This document shows, in pieces, positions 10,589-20,161 of a stretch of 64,000 nucleotides of DNA. The notes beneath the pieces are model-generated. The model had not been told where the DNA came from, ran no database searches, and saw nothing but the letters and a program-made list of their open reading frames with translations. The position numbers and the translations under genes were made by a program. The stretch comes from Phycisphaeraceae bacterium (GTDB lineage Bacteria; Planctomycetota; Phycisphaerae; Phycisphaerales; Phycisphaeraceae), in assembly GCA_963674705.1 (NCBI GenBank), contig OY771506.1:3552001-3616000 (forward strand). The letters are read 5' to 3'. Positions within the stretch are counted from its first letter, which is position 1, and each line of letters opens with the position of its first letter.

Positions 10589-10839
10589 AGCTAGGCTGGC
10601 TCCAAGGGTGCTGAACCCTGCCCGGGAAATTCGGAGCGCCAGCTATGAGAGGCCCGGACAGGGGTTATCAGCGTCAAATTTTAATTAGTGGGGCTGGCGG
10701 CTCCATCTAATCCCATCTTAGCGCAAGTCTAAATTTTGGATCGTCGTCTCGCTTGGGCAAAAGGGCGCTAGCGGGCCAGAAACAAGGATATACAAATAGG
10801 CCTAAAAAATATTTAACTGTAAGGGGCCTGACCCGGGCA

Positions 10840-10917
10840 TAGGGTGTTCGCATAGGGTAGACATGTAGGGTGTTCGCATGGGATGAACAGGTAGGGTGTT
10901 CGCATGGGGTAGACAAC
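10840..10917. repeat. three 26-bp-period direct repeats (iteron-like)
   Basis: TAGGGTGTTCGCAT at 10840, 10866 and 10892. Confidence 0.85.
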
Positions 10918-11576
10918 GAATATCAAGGGTTAATATCAAGGTAGAAGAACAAACAAGAATAAGGGCTGCGCCGCTTTGTTCTTGTTCTTATTTCTATCTC
11001 AAAGTCTATGGGTATTGGATAGTCTATGCCGCTGGACAATCTGCAATAGCTGCCGTCCGCCCTGTTTATTGACTATGCCGCTTGCTAGCCTGTCAGCTTG
11101 CCAGCTTGATCTAAATATGCCGTCGTGCATTTGTGCCGCATGTGCTGTCCATGCTGCGAGTAACTTAGATTGTCTATGTCATATGCCCGCATGCCTAATA
11201 TGTCTTACATGTGCCTCATGTCATGTCCATGCTGCATGTGCTGTTTTTAGACTTGTGCATCATGTGTTTCTTGTATGTGATTTAGCACGGCCATCCACCT
11301 TCTTGAGCCAATTTTACGAGTACCCTCTATCCAGACGACCTATCCACGAATATTCGCACGCGTGCGCGCTTTCATGTTGTGAATACTAGTCAGGTATCCT
11401 CGCACGAAACCGTGTTGACCGACCATGGTCCAGCGCATGTTATAATGTAGTTATAGGCATATGATGCCTTCGGCCGACCGGATCCTCACAGGGTCTAGGC
11501 ACACCACGTGAACGGCCAACACCACTCAATCAAGCATCGTTAACCGCGCAACCGTGGGGCATTCCCCTGCGCGCAC

Positions 11577-12101
11577 ATGGAGAATAAAATGGCAAAGAAG
11601 TACTCCCGCAGATCTAACCGTTACCACCTCACGCACCACGTGATCAAGCTCATGCGTAACAGGCGCTATTTCAGCAGCAGCCAGTGCGCCTTGTGCGTCT
11701 ACCTGGGCGCACCCGAGGTCTACCCCCAGCAGCGCAAGCGGATCCGCCAGTTGCTTGATAAGTACGTCCAGGCCGGCCTGCTGGAACGGAACGACGATCT
11801 GGCAGCCTGTCCGATTTACCGACACAGGGAACCAGTAGAAGACCAGATCGATAAGGCGTTGGTCAGATTGTTCGAAGAACACGCCAGCAGGCATTCTTGG
11901 TCCTTAACGGATAAGCTCATGATGGGGTTGCTGGAGAAGTGCGAGTTGGATCGTCTAGCACCGGCCAATCCCGACCCTGCAGACTTTATGAAGGACGGCC
12001 GGCTACTGCCCGGGTCTGGCTCCGGAGGGTCGCACTACATGTGGGATCGCGTGGAGCCCGAAGAGCCAGGTGTGTTGGACTACCTCAAGAAGCCGGCTTA
12101 A
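11577..12101 (+). CDS. hypothetical protein, winged-helix-like; paralog of 12174
   Basis: Shares QQRKRIR..LD.YV.AG.LERND..AACP.YRHR with the next ORF. Confidence 0.75.
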   Translation: MENKMAKKYSRRSNRYHLTHHVIKLMRNRRYFSSSQCALCVYLGAPEVYPQQRKRIRQLLDKYVQAGLLERNDDLAACPIYRHREPVEDQIDKALVRLFEEHASRHSWSLTDKLMMGLLEKCELDRLAPANPDPADFMKDGRLLPGSGSGGSHYMWDRVEPEEPGVLDYLKKPA

Positions 12102-12173
12102 CCGTCTCTCGTATCGTAGTGTTATCCGTAACGTTGAAGCAGTGACTCCTCAGCGCGCCCTGGAGGGCTTCTG

Positions 12174-12671
12174 ATGCTTCCCATTGAACACCGCGCCCCT
12201 AGCCGTATGCACCTTGTCCACAGCGTCATAGCGCGCCTGCGTGGCCGTGGGTACTGGTCTGCACACCAGGTCGCTCAAGCCACGTTTTGGGGTTGTGGTC
12301 GGTTGCATCGACAGCAACGCAAGCGGATCAGGTTGATACTCGATAGATATGTCGATGCCGGCATCTTAGAACGTAACGACACGATCGCGGCATGCCCCCT
12401 TTACCGCCACCGAGACGTCACGTTGAAGGATGTGGATCAAGAGATGGTTAAACAGTTCGAGGCCCACGCCAATCGCCGCCGAGTGACGCCCAGCTATGAG
12501 ATGGACCTAAGAATGCTTGACATGTACTTGGACCAGCTGATCCCGCAGGACACCGATCCCGAACTATTTAATGAGTATGGTCACCTGATGGGTCGAGAGT
12601 TGATGGCTATGCAGGATCAGTGTTGGGTAGTGCCGGAAAGGTCCACGGCGTTTGGGGTATTTGGAGTGTGA
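12174..12671 (+). CDS. hypothetical protein, winged-helix-like; paralog of 11577
   Basis: Same conserved block; RBS GGAGG. Confidence 0.75.
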   Translation: MLPIEHRAPSRMHLVHSVIARLRGRGYWSAHQVAQATFWGCGRLHRQQRKRIRLILDRYVDAGILERNDTIAACPLYRHRDVTLKDVDQEMVKQFEAHANRRRVTPSYEMDLRMLDMYLDQLIPQDTDPELFNEYGHLMGRELMAMQDQCWVVPERSTAFGVFGV

Positions 12672-12799
12672 GTTAGGCTATTCCGTTAATATGGCATCAA
12701 AATAATAATTACACCATAGAGTAGTCGCGCATGCTATTGCGACCTCACCCTGAGCAAGGGTACAGCAACATGATCAAGTATTCTCTGAACAGTATCGTA

Positions 12800-13999
12800 T
12801 CAGTTCGGATTACCGCTGCCGCGGACTTCATCGAAGAAGGGAGTACTTCCACTTGAAACGCAGGTATCGGCATACAGGTACATGGCGGCAGACCAAGTCT
12901 GCCAGTCGCGCCCTATGGGCTTGCCCGTCTGAGCCTTGATCTGTTCATTGAAGCCCCATTCGGCCTGATTCTCGTGCCAAGGCTTGACCAGATGCGCCAG
13001 GGCCTTAAGACTTCTAGCCGCGATCTGTGGGCGTTTCGCCGCTACAGCCGCCGCGACGTAGAAGCCGCAGATAAAAGGCCAGACCCCGCCATTGTGGTAT
13101 TCGCCGGGCCGGTTGAACTTCGCGTACCGGGGACGCCAGTCGCTGTCGTTCTCTTGCATATAAGGGAACAGGCAGGGGGGCAGGTCCACCGCCAATTCGC
13201 CGCGCTTTCGCATCAGCTCGCACTCACCCTCGATCCACGTCATTAGCTTATCCGCCCTGGACAGCGAGGCCACGCCCGAGAGCACGGCCCAGGCGTTGCC
13301 CAAGAGGTCGAAACGTTCGTTGTGTTCGGTCTTGTAGGAATACAGGGCGTAGTAAGGTTTCTTTGGGACGACTAAACCTTCGTGAACGTGCGGGGGTTTA
13401 CTCTCTTGCGTTATTTCGAAGCGGTTGGTCAGGTTGCGGAGCATGTCTGCGTCGTCGTGCTGCCCAAACATCCGTAGGGCGGTGTAGTAGACCGTGTTAA
13501 CGAACAGGCCGTAACCCAGCACCCAGTGCTCGTCGCGCCAGTCGCTGGTGGGCAGTTGACCGATCATCACGCGGTCGTCGGGGCTCTGGTAGCGCATCCA
13601 GTTCAGCGCCCGTTGTGCCGCGTCTTCGAAAGCATCGGTCTGGCCCGTCTTTTGGCGGTAGACGCCGACGCCGAACAGGAACAACGGCGTCGTGTCGCTG
13701 GCGCCGCGGTTATCCGGGTCGTGTGCCAATGAGGGGATATGGCCGCGGGGGGAGATGTTGCGAGCCAATGCGGATAAGGTGCGGTCCAAGGCGTCAATAA
13801 GTTCAGGCCGGCCGCTGACGGCATAGCCCAGGGCCGCGATCATCAGGTCACGGGTGTAGGGCTCGGGGTAGCCCCACCCAGCGGTGCGGGGCAGGCCGCG
13901 GTATGGGCCGTGGGCGTTATGCAGCAGGACCTGGACGGCCGCTTCTCGCGCCTCGGTCAGGATGTTCGGCGCGTCAGCGTTCATAGCCCATTCAGTCAA
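12800..13999 (-). CDS. (alpha/alpha)6 glycoside hydrolase, GH100 invertase / amylo-alpha-1,6-glucosidase-like
   Basis: YTRD, SDTTPLF, YHNGGVWPF, FNE, QTWSAA. Confidence 0.75.
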   Translation of the reverse strand: MTEWAMNADAPNILTEAREAAVQVLLHNAHGPYRGLPRTAGWGYPEPYTRDLMIAALGYAVSGRPELIDALDRTLSALARNISPRGHIPSLAHDPDNRGASDTTPLFLFGVGVYRQKTGQTDAFEDAAQRALNWMRYQSPDDRVMIGQLPTSDWRDEHWVLGYGLFVNTVYYTALRMFGQHDDADMLRNLTNRFEITQESKPPHVHEGLVVPKKPYYALYSYKTEHNERFDLLGNAWAVLSGVASLSRADKLMTWIEGECELMRKRGELAVDLPPCLFPYMQENDSDWRPRYAKFNRPGEYHNGGVWPFICGFYVAAAVAAKRPQIAARSLKALAHLVKPWHENQAEWGFNEQIKAQTGKPIGRDWQTWSAAMYLYADTCVSSGSTPFFDEVRGSGNPN

Positions 14000-15134
14000 T
14001 GTTCAGGTGCTTGGAAACCAGATCGATAAAGCGACGTGCGACGGTGTGGTACTCATAGCGTTCGACCGCCCGCCGTCGGCCAGCTTCACCGAGGCGATGC
14101 CGCAGCGGTGCATCTGTCATCAGGGTCAGGAGAAACTTCGCAATATCATCAATATTCGCACGGTAGTCAGCGGTCTTCATACTCGGGAACACCACTCGGT
14201 GGCCCTCCTCGTATCCCTGGTCTTGGCCCAGCACGGCCGCATGGATCTTAATCTCCTGCGCGACCCGGGCGAGCAAGGCGTTTTCATTGTGGGTCATCGT
14301 ATCAAGGAACGCCATCGCATTCATAGCGATGACTGGCTTTCCGCAAGCATTGGCTTCGACCTGGATCATGCCAAACCCTTCAAGTCGTGAAGGGGCGGCA
14401 TAGATGTCGCAGGCCGCCAGCAGGTAAGGCATGAAGTTACGCGACACCACGTTCGCGGTGTATACCACGTTTTTATCGATCCCCAGATGGCTCGCCAGTT
14501 GTAGGTCCAGCAAGTTCTGCGATTGTGTCCGCGGCTGTGGCCAAACTTTGCAGACATATTTCCAATCTGGTGCCTGTGTATCGATCATTGCCAACGCTGA
14601 CATGACTTCCTGTGAACCTTTTGAAGCAGCATCGCCGCCGACAGTGAGGACCATGATCTGATCTTCAGCTATTCCAAGTGACTCACGGATGGCCATTACT
14701 TTTGGGTCGTCGCGGTCGCGGGGGCAGAAGTTGTCCGTGTCAATGCCGACCGGCAGGACCTCAATGTTGTCGCCTTTTACACCGTCACGGATGTATGTGT
14801 CTTTCACCCACTGAGACGTGACCAGGATCAGCGGCAGTGCGTTAAGGACCTCGTGGTACCCGGCGACGTACCCGTCGGCGACCAGCCACGGCACCGGGGT
14901 GATCCCGTAGCGTTGGGGGTGCAGCACCAGGTGTGGGGTGTGCCCCCAATACCCGATCCCCACCACCACGTCCGGCTCAAACCACCGGTAGTACCATTCC
15001 TTTTCCTGGGGTGACTCAAAGTTCACCGCGTGGGCATCGACGCCGATATCGCGAAGGCCGTTGTAAAGGTGGTTACCCTGGGTTGCCAGCCCGCCGGGAG
15101 ACGCGGGGTAATCGTACTGAACTAACACTTTCAT
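13992..15134 (-). CDS. glycosyltransferase family 4
   Basis: PSRLEGFGMIQVEANACGKPVI. Confidence 0.9.
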   Translation of the reverse strand: MKVLVQYDYPASPGGLATQGNHLYNGLRDIGVDAHAVNFESPQEKEWYYRWFEPDVVVGIGYWGHTPHLVLHPQRYGITPVPWLVADGYVAGYHEVLNALPLILVTSQWVKDTYIRDGVKGDNIEVLPVGIDTDNFCPRDRDDPKVMAIRESLGIAEDQIMVLTVGGDAASKGSQEVMSALAMIDTQAPDWKYVCKVWPQPRTQSQNLLDLQLASHLGIDKNVVYTANVVSRNFMPYLLAACDIYAAPSRLEGFGMIQVEANACGKPVIAMNAMAFLDTMTHNENALLARVAQEIKIHAAVLGQDQGYEEGHRVVFPSMKTADYRANIDDIAKFLLTLMTDAPLRHRLGEAGRRRAVERYEYHTVARRFIDLVSKHLNID

Positions 15135-15778
15135 GGGCTGACCTTGTGTTTGCGGATACGTTCAACAGCCGATCTCGGTGAATTAAAACACCAGAACCCT
15201 TCCTCGCGAGGTGTTACCCTCGCCTCCCAGCTCTCGGGGCTAAAGCCGTACACCTCAGTGATCATACGCTGTTTCTTCCACCACACCTCTTCGGGTAGGC
15301 AAACGCGCTGGTCGGCATCATGGCGGACCCTCGGCAGCACCGTGCGGTTATCGTCCTCAAATGCGAACATCCACAAAGCCTCCGCCTCCAGCACGCCTGA
15401 CGACCAAAGGTCAACCACAGCCCGGCAACACTCTTCGTGGCGTCGGTGCCGTGTGTATTCACCTAACGGGCCATGTGTCAATACGAGATCGTACCGCCGA
15501 TGCGGAAGCAGACGTGTTATCGTCCGACTGATCTCTTCGGTTGACAATGGATGCTGTTCTGGCCCATCGTCCAGGTCACCCATTGATCCGCTGGCGCCCA
15601 ATAGATCGCAAATCCGCGCAAACTTTGGCGCGCGGTCCAGATCGCTCTCACGGCAGAGCGTAAGGATATGCCAAAAATAGCAGGTGTCCATCAGGATCTG
15701 CCCCCCACACCACAGCGTCTCATCGTCCGGATGGGCAACGATCGCCGCCGCATATTTTACCGGTTCGTCCATAGTCAA
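15131..15778 (-). CDS. PIG-L/LmbE-family deacetylase
   Basis: VAHPDDETLWCGG; THGPLGEYTRHRRH. Confidence 0.85.
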   Translation of the reverse strand: MTMDEPVKYAAAIVAHPDDETLWCGGQILMDTCYFWHILTLCRESDLDRAPKFARICDLLGASGSMGDLDDGPEQHPLSTEEISRTITRLLPHRRYDLVLTHGPLGEYTRHRRHEECCRAVVDLWSSGVLEAEALWMFAFEDDNRTVLPRVRHDADQRVCLPEEVWWKKQRMITEVYGFSPESWEARVTPREEGFWCFNSPRSAVERIRKHKVSP

Positions 15779-16245
15779 GCGTTCCTGATACCCGCAAGTA
15801 TTATGATTTCAACTGACCGAGTATCTAAAAAGATTCATTGGGAGAGATACTTTGGAGTTTTCAGTATGCCCTGCTTTGTCTACAACAAGTCGCGGTGATT
15901 CTAGGGGGAGTAATGCTGACATCAGAAGGGCGAATCACTTTGCAACTGACACACGATAGAGGGGTTCCTTTATCAGTTCGGGAAACCCGAGCATGTAACA
16001 GCTTCTTCAGACATCACAAAGCCGATTTGGCCCATGAATCGGCTCCAACAACCGTGGATTGAGCGGAAGTTCGATGGATTATGACGCGGACCTTATACTG
16101 GATGCTAACAATACTGGTGATTATACTTGGAGAATACCGAATGGGAAGTATCTGAATTGTTGCATGGGTCTAGAAGACGGATCTCCAGCCAGTTATAATC
16201 TGACAAGAACATTTCTGACTAGCGATGACAACGGAGTGTTTCTTA

Positions 16246-17784
16246 ATGAGAATACTGCTTGTCTTCCCCGAATTCGCGGAAAGTTTCTGGAGTCTGAGCC
16301 GAGCGCTGGACATCATTAAACGCCAGTCCCTGCTTCCGCCGCTAGGTCTTCTGACCGTCGCCGCGATGCTGCCCCCGGCATGGGAGAAGCGGCTGATCGA
16401 TATCAACGTGCAGCCGTTGACCGATGCTGACCTACATTGGGCCGACGTGGTGCTTCTTGGAGCGCTTACCATTCAATGGCAAGGTGCGGAGAAGGTGATC
16501 GCCCGTTGCAAGGCGATGGACAAAAAGATCGTTGCCGGGGGTCCGCTGTTCACCGCCGCGTACGCGCTGTTTCAGGATGTTGACCATTTCGTCCTCAACG
16601 AGGCGGAGTTGACGGTGTCGGATCTGGTATCGGATCTGGAGAGAGGAACCCCCAGGCGGATGTATCGAACCCGCGAATTGGCGGACATGCGAACAACACC
16701 TTCGCCACTTTGGCGGCTGGCGAAACTGGACCGCTACGCTCTCGCGGGTATTCAGTACTCGCGCGGATGTCCATTCGATTGCGACTTTTGTAATGTGACC
16801 GCCATGCTCGGTCGTAATCCTCGTGTGAAAGACGCGAGCCAGATTACACGTGAATTGGATGATCTATACGCCGCTGGTTGGCGTGATCGCGTCTTCTTTG
16901 TCGACGACAATCTGATCGGCAACAAGCCGGCGGTTCGCAAGGAACTTCTCCCGGCATTGATTGCCTGGCAGGAGTCGCACACACGTTTGCCCTTGTGCAC
17001 GCAGGTGTCGATTAACCTGGCCGATGACGCAAAGATGATGCGTGATATGGTCGAGGCCGGTTTTGACATGATCTTCATTGGCATCGAATCGTCGGACCCC
17101 GCAAGTCTTGCCGAGTGTCAGAAGAGACAGAACTGCAACCGCGACATGATTGCCAACATCAAGTCGCTCCAGCGAGCCGGCCTGGAAGTGCAGGGCGGGT
17201 TCATCGTCGGTTTTGATCATGATACCGCTGATGTTTTCCAGCAGCAGGCCGATTTTATTGCTGAAAGCGGCATCGTGACCGCGATGGTTGGCCAGTTGCA
17301 GGCAGCGCCCGGTACACGGCTGAAAGATCGACTGGCGTCAGAAGGCCGGCTTCAGCGTGGCAGCCTCGGTCATAACACCGACGGCAGCACAAACTTCGAG
17401 CCGATCATGGGCTTGAACTTATTGCGGGATGGTCATGCATGGGTATTACGTACCATCTTTGCGCCGCCGGCCTATTACCGCCGGATCAAGACGCTTCTCA
17501 AAGAGTTCCCCTCGCCAGCCGTGCGCCGCCCCCTGAGTCGGGGAGACTTCAAGGCCTGGTGGCGTACGATGATCCGCTTCGGCATCTTGGGTGCTGAACG
17601 GGTGGAATACTGGAAACTAGTGATCTGGACGCTATGGCATAAGCCGCGACTGCTGGCGATGGCGCTACGCCTGGCGGCAATCGGTCATCATCATCGGCGA
17701 ATGTCCGATCAACTGTCGGCAATCTTGACCGAAACGCACGAACGGGAGACTTATCGAAGAACAGCACCCGCACAAGTTGTTTAG
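16246..17784 (+). CDS. B12-binding radical SAM protein (DUF4070 / HpnP-related family)
   Basis: PPLGLLTVAAMLP; SRGCPFDCDFC; FFVDDN; GGFIVGFDHD. Confidence 0.88.
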   Translation: MRILLVFPEFAESFWSLSRALDIIKRQSLLPPLGLLTVAAMLPPAWEKRLIDINVQPLTDADLHWADVVLLGALTIQWQGAEKVIARCKAMDKKIVAGGPLFTAAYALFQDVDHFVLNEAELTVSDLVSDLERGTPRRMYRTRELADMRTTPSPLWRLAKLDRYALAGIQYSRGCPFDCDFCNVTAMLGRNPRVKDASQITRELDDLYAAGWRDRVFFVDDNLIGNKPAVRKELLPALIAWQESHTRLPLCTQVSINLADDAKMMRDMVEAGFDMIFIGIESSDPASLAECQKRQNCNRDMIANIKSLQRAGLEVQGGFIVGFDHDTADVFQQQADFIAESGIVTAMVGQLQAAPGTRLKDRLASEGRLQRGSLGHNTDGSTNFEPIMGLNLLRDGHAWVLRTIFAPPAYYRRIKTLLKEFPSPAVRRPLSRGDFKAWWRTMIRFGILGAERVEYWKLVIWTLWHKPRLLAMALRLAAIGHHHRRMSDQLSAILTETHERETYRRTAPAQVV

Positions 17785-17833
17785 TGGGTTAACGCCTTCC
17801 AGGAACAGTGTTCGCTCTCATACTCCGAATGAA

Positions 17834-19060
17834 TCAACTGCCGCAAGCGGTGCTCGGCGACGAAACTTCTGACCGACTCCCACCCATGTGTAGGTTGATT
17901 CGGCGCTCGAGCGGCAACAGCGCATCTTTACCCTTGATCAATACTACCTGCCATAGCTGAAGATCTCCCCAGCGGAACGCGGCTTCCGCTCCTTGCAGGT
18001 ATAGCCACCACATGCGAGCAAACGATTCGTCGTACATGGACGCGACCTGAACACGCACGGCCTGAAAACATTCCGACCAGCAACTAAGCGTCTTGGCGTA
18101 GTGTCGGCGGAGGTTCTCAACATCCCCGATCCAAAGGTCCTCCCCGGCAGCTTGTGAGGTGATCTGCGTCAGAGCCGGCAGGTATCCGCCGGGAAAGATA
18201 TATCGCCGAATCCAAGGATCGACCGGCTTTGGTGTCATCCGCCCAATGGTGTGCAGAACCGAAAGACCCCCATCAGCGAGCAAATCATGCCATCGACGGA
18301 AGAACTCCGGGTAATGTTTCATACCCACGTGCTCAAACATGCCGATACTGATGATCCGGTCGAAGCGACCCGTTACGTCCCGCCAATCGCCACAAATAAT
18401 ACGGACCTGATCGCCTAGTCGTTGTCGTCTGGCTTCTGCTTCGATGTAATCAGCTTGTGCCTTCACCGGCGTGACGCCGACAGCGCGGACGCCATGATGA
18501 TTAGCGGCATGGAACAACAGCGAACCCCAGCCGCATCCGATATCCAGCAGCGTCTTCCCAGGCCGTAGACACGCTTTTTGGCAGACGACTTCTAGCTTCT
18601 GCTGTTGTGCCGTGGCCAGGTCGTCATCCTCATGAAGGAAGTACGCACAGGAGTAGGTCAGCGTCGGGTCGAGCCAGAGCTTGTAGAAGTCGTTGCCGAT
18701 GTTGTAGTGGTGACGAGCGTTGGATATGGCTTGGCGGCGTGAGTTCCGCCATGAAAAGCTGTGGCACCATTCGGTCATGCAATAGTGCCATTCCGAAGCG
18801 ATCCCCGGCCATGCGCAATAAAACCCTTCGAGCACGTCCAACAGATGACCACGGACCTCGATATCCCCCTTCATGTAGGACTCGCCGAATGTAAGAGACG
18901 GGCAACGCCAGAGCCTCCACATGAGAGTGGGCCTGTGTATGATGATCTCTGCCGCCACCTTGCCTTGACCGAGGGTATAGCACTGGTCCCCGACTGCAAC
19001 ACGTACGGCTGGTCTTGGCCAGTATTTTTGAAGATGCGTAATTACCTGTTTAGCAAACAC
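17834..19060 (-). CDS. cfa: cyclopropane-fatty-acyl-phospholipid synthase family methyltransferase
   Basis: HYNIGNDFYKLWLD, YSCAYF, LDIGCGWG, SIGMFEHVG, YIFPGG. Confidence 0.9.
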   Translation of the reverse strand: MFAKQVITHLQKYWPRPAVRVAVGDQCYTLGQGKVAAEIIIHRPTLMWRLWRCPSLTFGESYMKGDIEVRGHLLDVLEGFYCAWPGIASEWHYCMTEWCHSFSWRNSRRQAISNARHHYNIGNDFYKLWLDPTLTYSCAYFLHEDDDLATAQQQKLEVVCQKACLRPGKTLLDIGCGWGSLLFHAANHHGVRAVGVTPVKAQADYIEAEARRQRLGDQVRIICGDWRDVTGRFDRIISIGMFEHVGMKHYPEFFRRWHDLLADGGLSVLHTIGRMTPKPVDPWIRRYIFPGGYLPALTQITSQAAGEDLWIGDVENLRRHYAKTLSCWSECFQAVRVQVASMYDESFARMWWLYLQGAEAAFRWGDLQLWQVVLIKGKDALLPLERRINLHMGGSRSEVSSPSTACGS

Positions 19061-19289
19061 ACGACCTTCCCTATGCCAAATAGTTCAGAACACTACCCCC
19101 TGGGTGCGATGTCGGAACGCTGAGACAAAGGCCGGCGACGGTGATCCTAAATGATAGCACTATCATCTTCAAATCCGTACATTCGTTGGGATATGGAGTA
19201 GGATGCGAGAGCGTAAAAAACCCAACTACTATGCAATTAATGGGGTTATTCTGGAAAGAAGGCGATCTTTTGACTCATGTGTAACAAAA

Positions 19290-19535
19290 CTCCTCCTATT
19301 TCCTCTCAGCCGCTCATCATCATGCCTTCTTGCATCGCCACGCCTGCCATCATCTACCGCAATCCTAAATCAATCTGGTCATCCCCGCATTAATATGCAC
19401 CATGATCACCCGCAGCTTCCCTATGATCTGCCCCGGCGCGTGTTGATTCCTGGCCATGACCTGCCCGTTCGTTAATGCGTCCGCGATCACGGGATCGTCC
19501 CATAAATCTTGGACTGGTATTTAGGGGACATCCCA
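19290..19535 (-). pseudogene. decayed IS3-family left end and orfA remnant
   Basis: Minus strand: IR-like TGGGATGTCCCCTAAATACCAGTCCA, then MARNQHAPGQIIGKLR (IS3 OrfA-like start at 19457), then stops. Confidence 0.55.
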
Positions 19536-19572
19536 AATCAACATAATATCGACCCGAGATATCTGGTTTTAC

Positions 19573-19600
19573 TTGCTTTCCTAATTTAACAGTCTATGGT
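19573..19600 (+). promoter_or_regulatory. putative promoter of leader RNA copy 1
   Basis: TTGCTT-N16-TATGGT; equivalent boxes precede all four copies. Confidence 0.6.
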
Positions 19601-19606
19601 GTAGGC

Positions 19607-19748
19607 AGTGTTGGAGCCAACGCAGTGCTAGATCGGCTCCGGCACCGGATGACTGGATAAAGGGCAGGCGCTCAGGCGGCAGGCCCGTTAACAAGTAAGC
19701 CGATGTGGTTCACCACCTTAGGGTGCGGAACCACATCGGCTTTTTTTT
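19607..19748 (+). ncRNA. structured leader/attenuator RNA, copy 1
   Basis: Conserved in four copies; covarying stems; terminator GCCGATGTGG..CCACATCGGC-T8. Confidence 0.8.
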
Positions 19749-19841
19749 GTCGATTTTCCTGACCGTTCAGGATGCCCACTAAGCAAACAATCTCTTGGAT
19801 GGGCGGCGTAAATGACATTTGAACACTTTAAGGGATAGACC

Positions 19842-20120
19842 ATGACCACGAAGAGCACACTGGATATCAGCCCATTGGGTACCGACAGCCGCTGGGAACA
19901 TATCGGGGAGAATCAGGGCTGCGCCAATCACGATCACGACCTCGTGCACGAATTGAGCCGCAGGCTGGATTCAGTCTGGCGATATGACCAGTTCATCGCT
20001 AACGCGGAAGGTCGTGAAGCACTTCAGGCCTGCTGGCGTGAATTCAAGGAACAGGATATGCGGAGCATCGTGCGGTTGAAGGAGATTTTGAAGGATGAGA
20101 TCAAGAATGGCTGCTTCTAA
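19842..20120 (+). CDS. small helical hypothetical protein, possibly ferritin-like
   Basis: DHDLVHELSRRLDSVWRYDQFIANA; RBS AAGGGA. Confidence 0.7.
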   Translation: MTTKSTLDISPLGTDSRWEHIGENQGCANHDHDLVHELSRRLDSVWRYDQFIANAEGREALQACWREFKEQDMRSIVRLKEILKDEIKNGCF

Positions 20121-20161
20121 AAGACGCATACCGATCTTTGCGACGATCGAAGAAGGATCTA

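Larger units (their letters stand above)
19546..19869 (+). repeat. ~324-bp promoter-leader-RBS-start cassette, duplicated at 33578-33900
   Basis: Near-identical sequence by eye, extending into the first ~9 codons. Confidence 0.9.

Noticed and set aside
10840..10917. 26-bp-period repeats as a CRISPR array
   Set aside because: The invariant core is only 14 bp, the 12-bp spacers are similar to one another, and no cas genes are present.
10976..11389. Cys/His-rich 137-aa ORF as a metallothionein or RiPP precursor
   Set aside because: TTG start with no RBS; the composition is a by-product of the CATG/TGC-rich tract.
19203..19475. 90-aa plus-strand ORF
   Set aside because: It is antisense to the decayed IS3 remnant and has no recognisable motifs.
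19607..19748. Leader RNA as a CsrB/RsmZ-type sRNA or a MITE
   Set aside because: It has few GGA motifs and they are not in repeated hairpin loops. There are no terminal IRs or target duplications, and all copies are co-oriented between a promoter and a gene. An sRNA role is not fully excluded.
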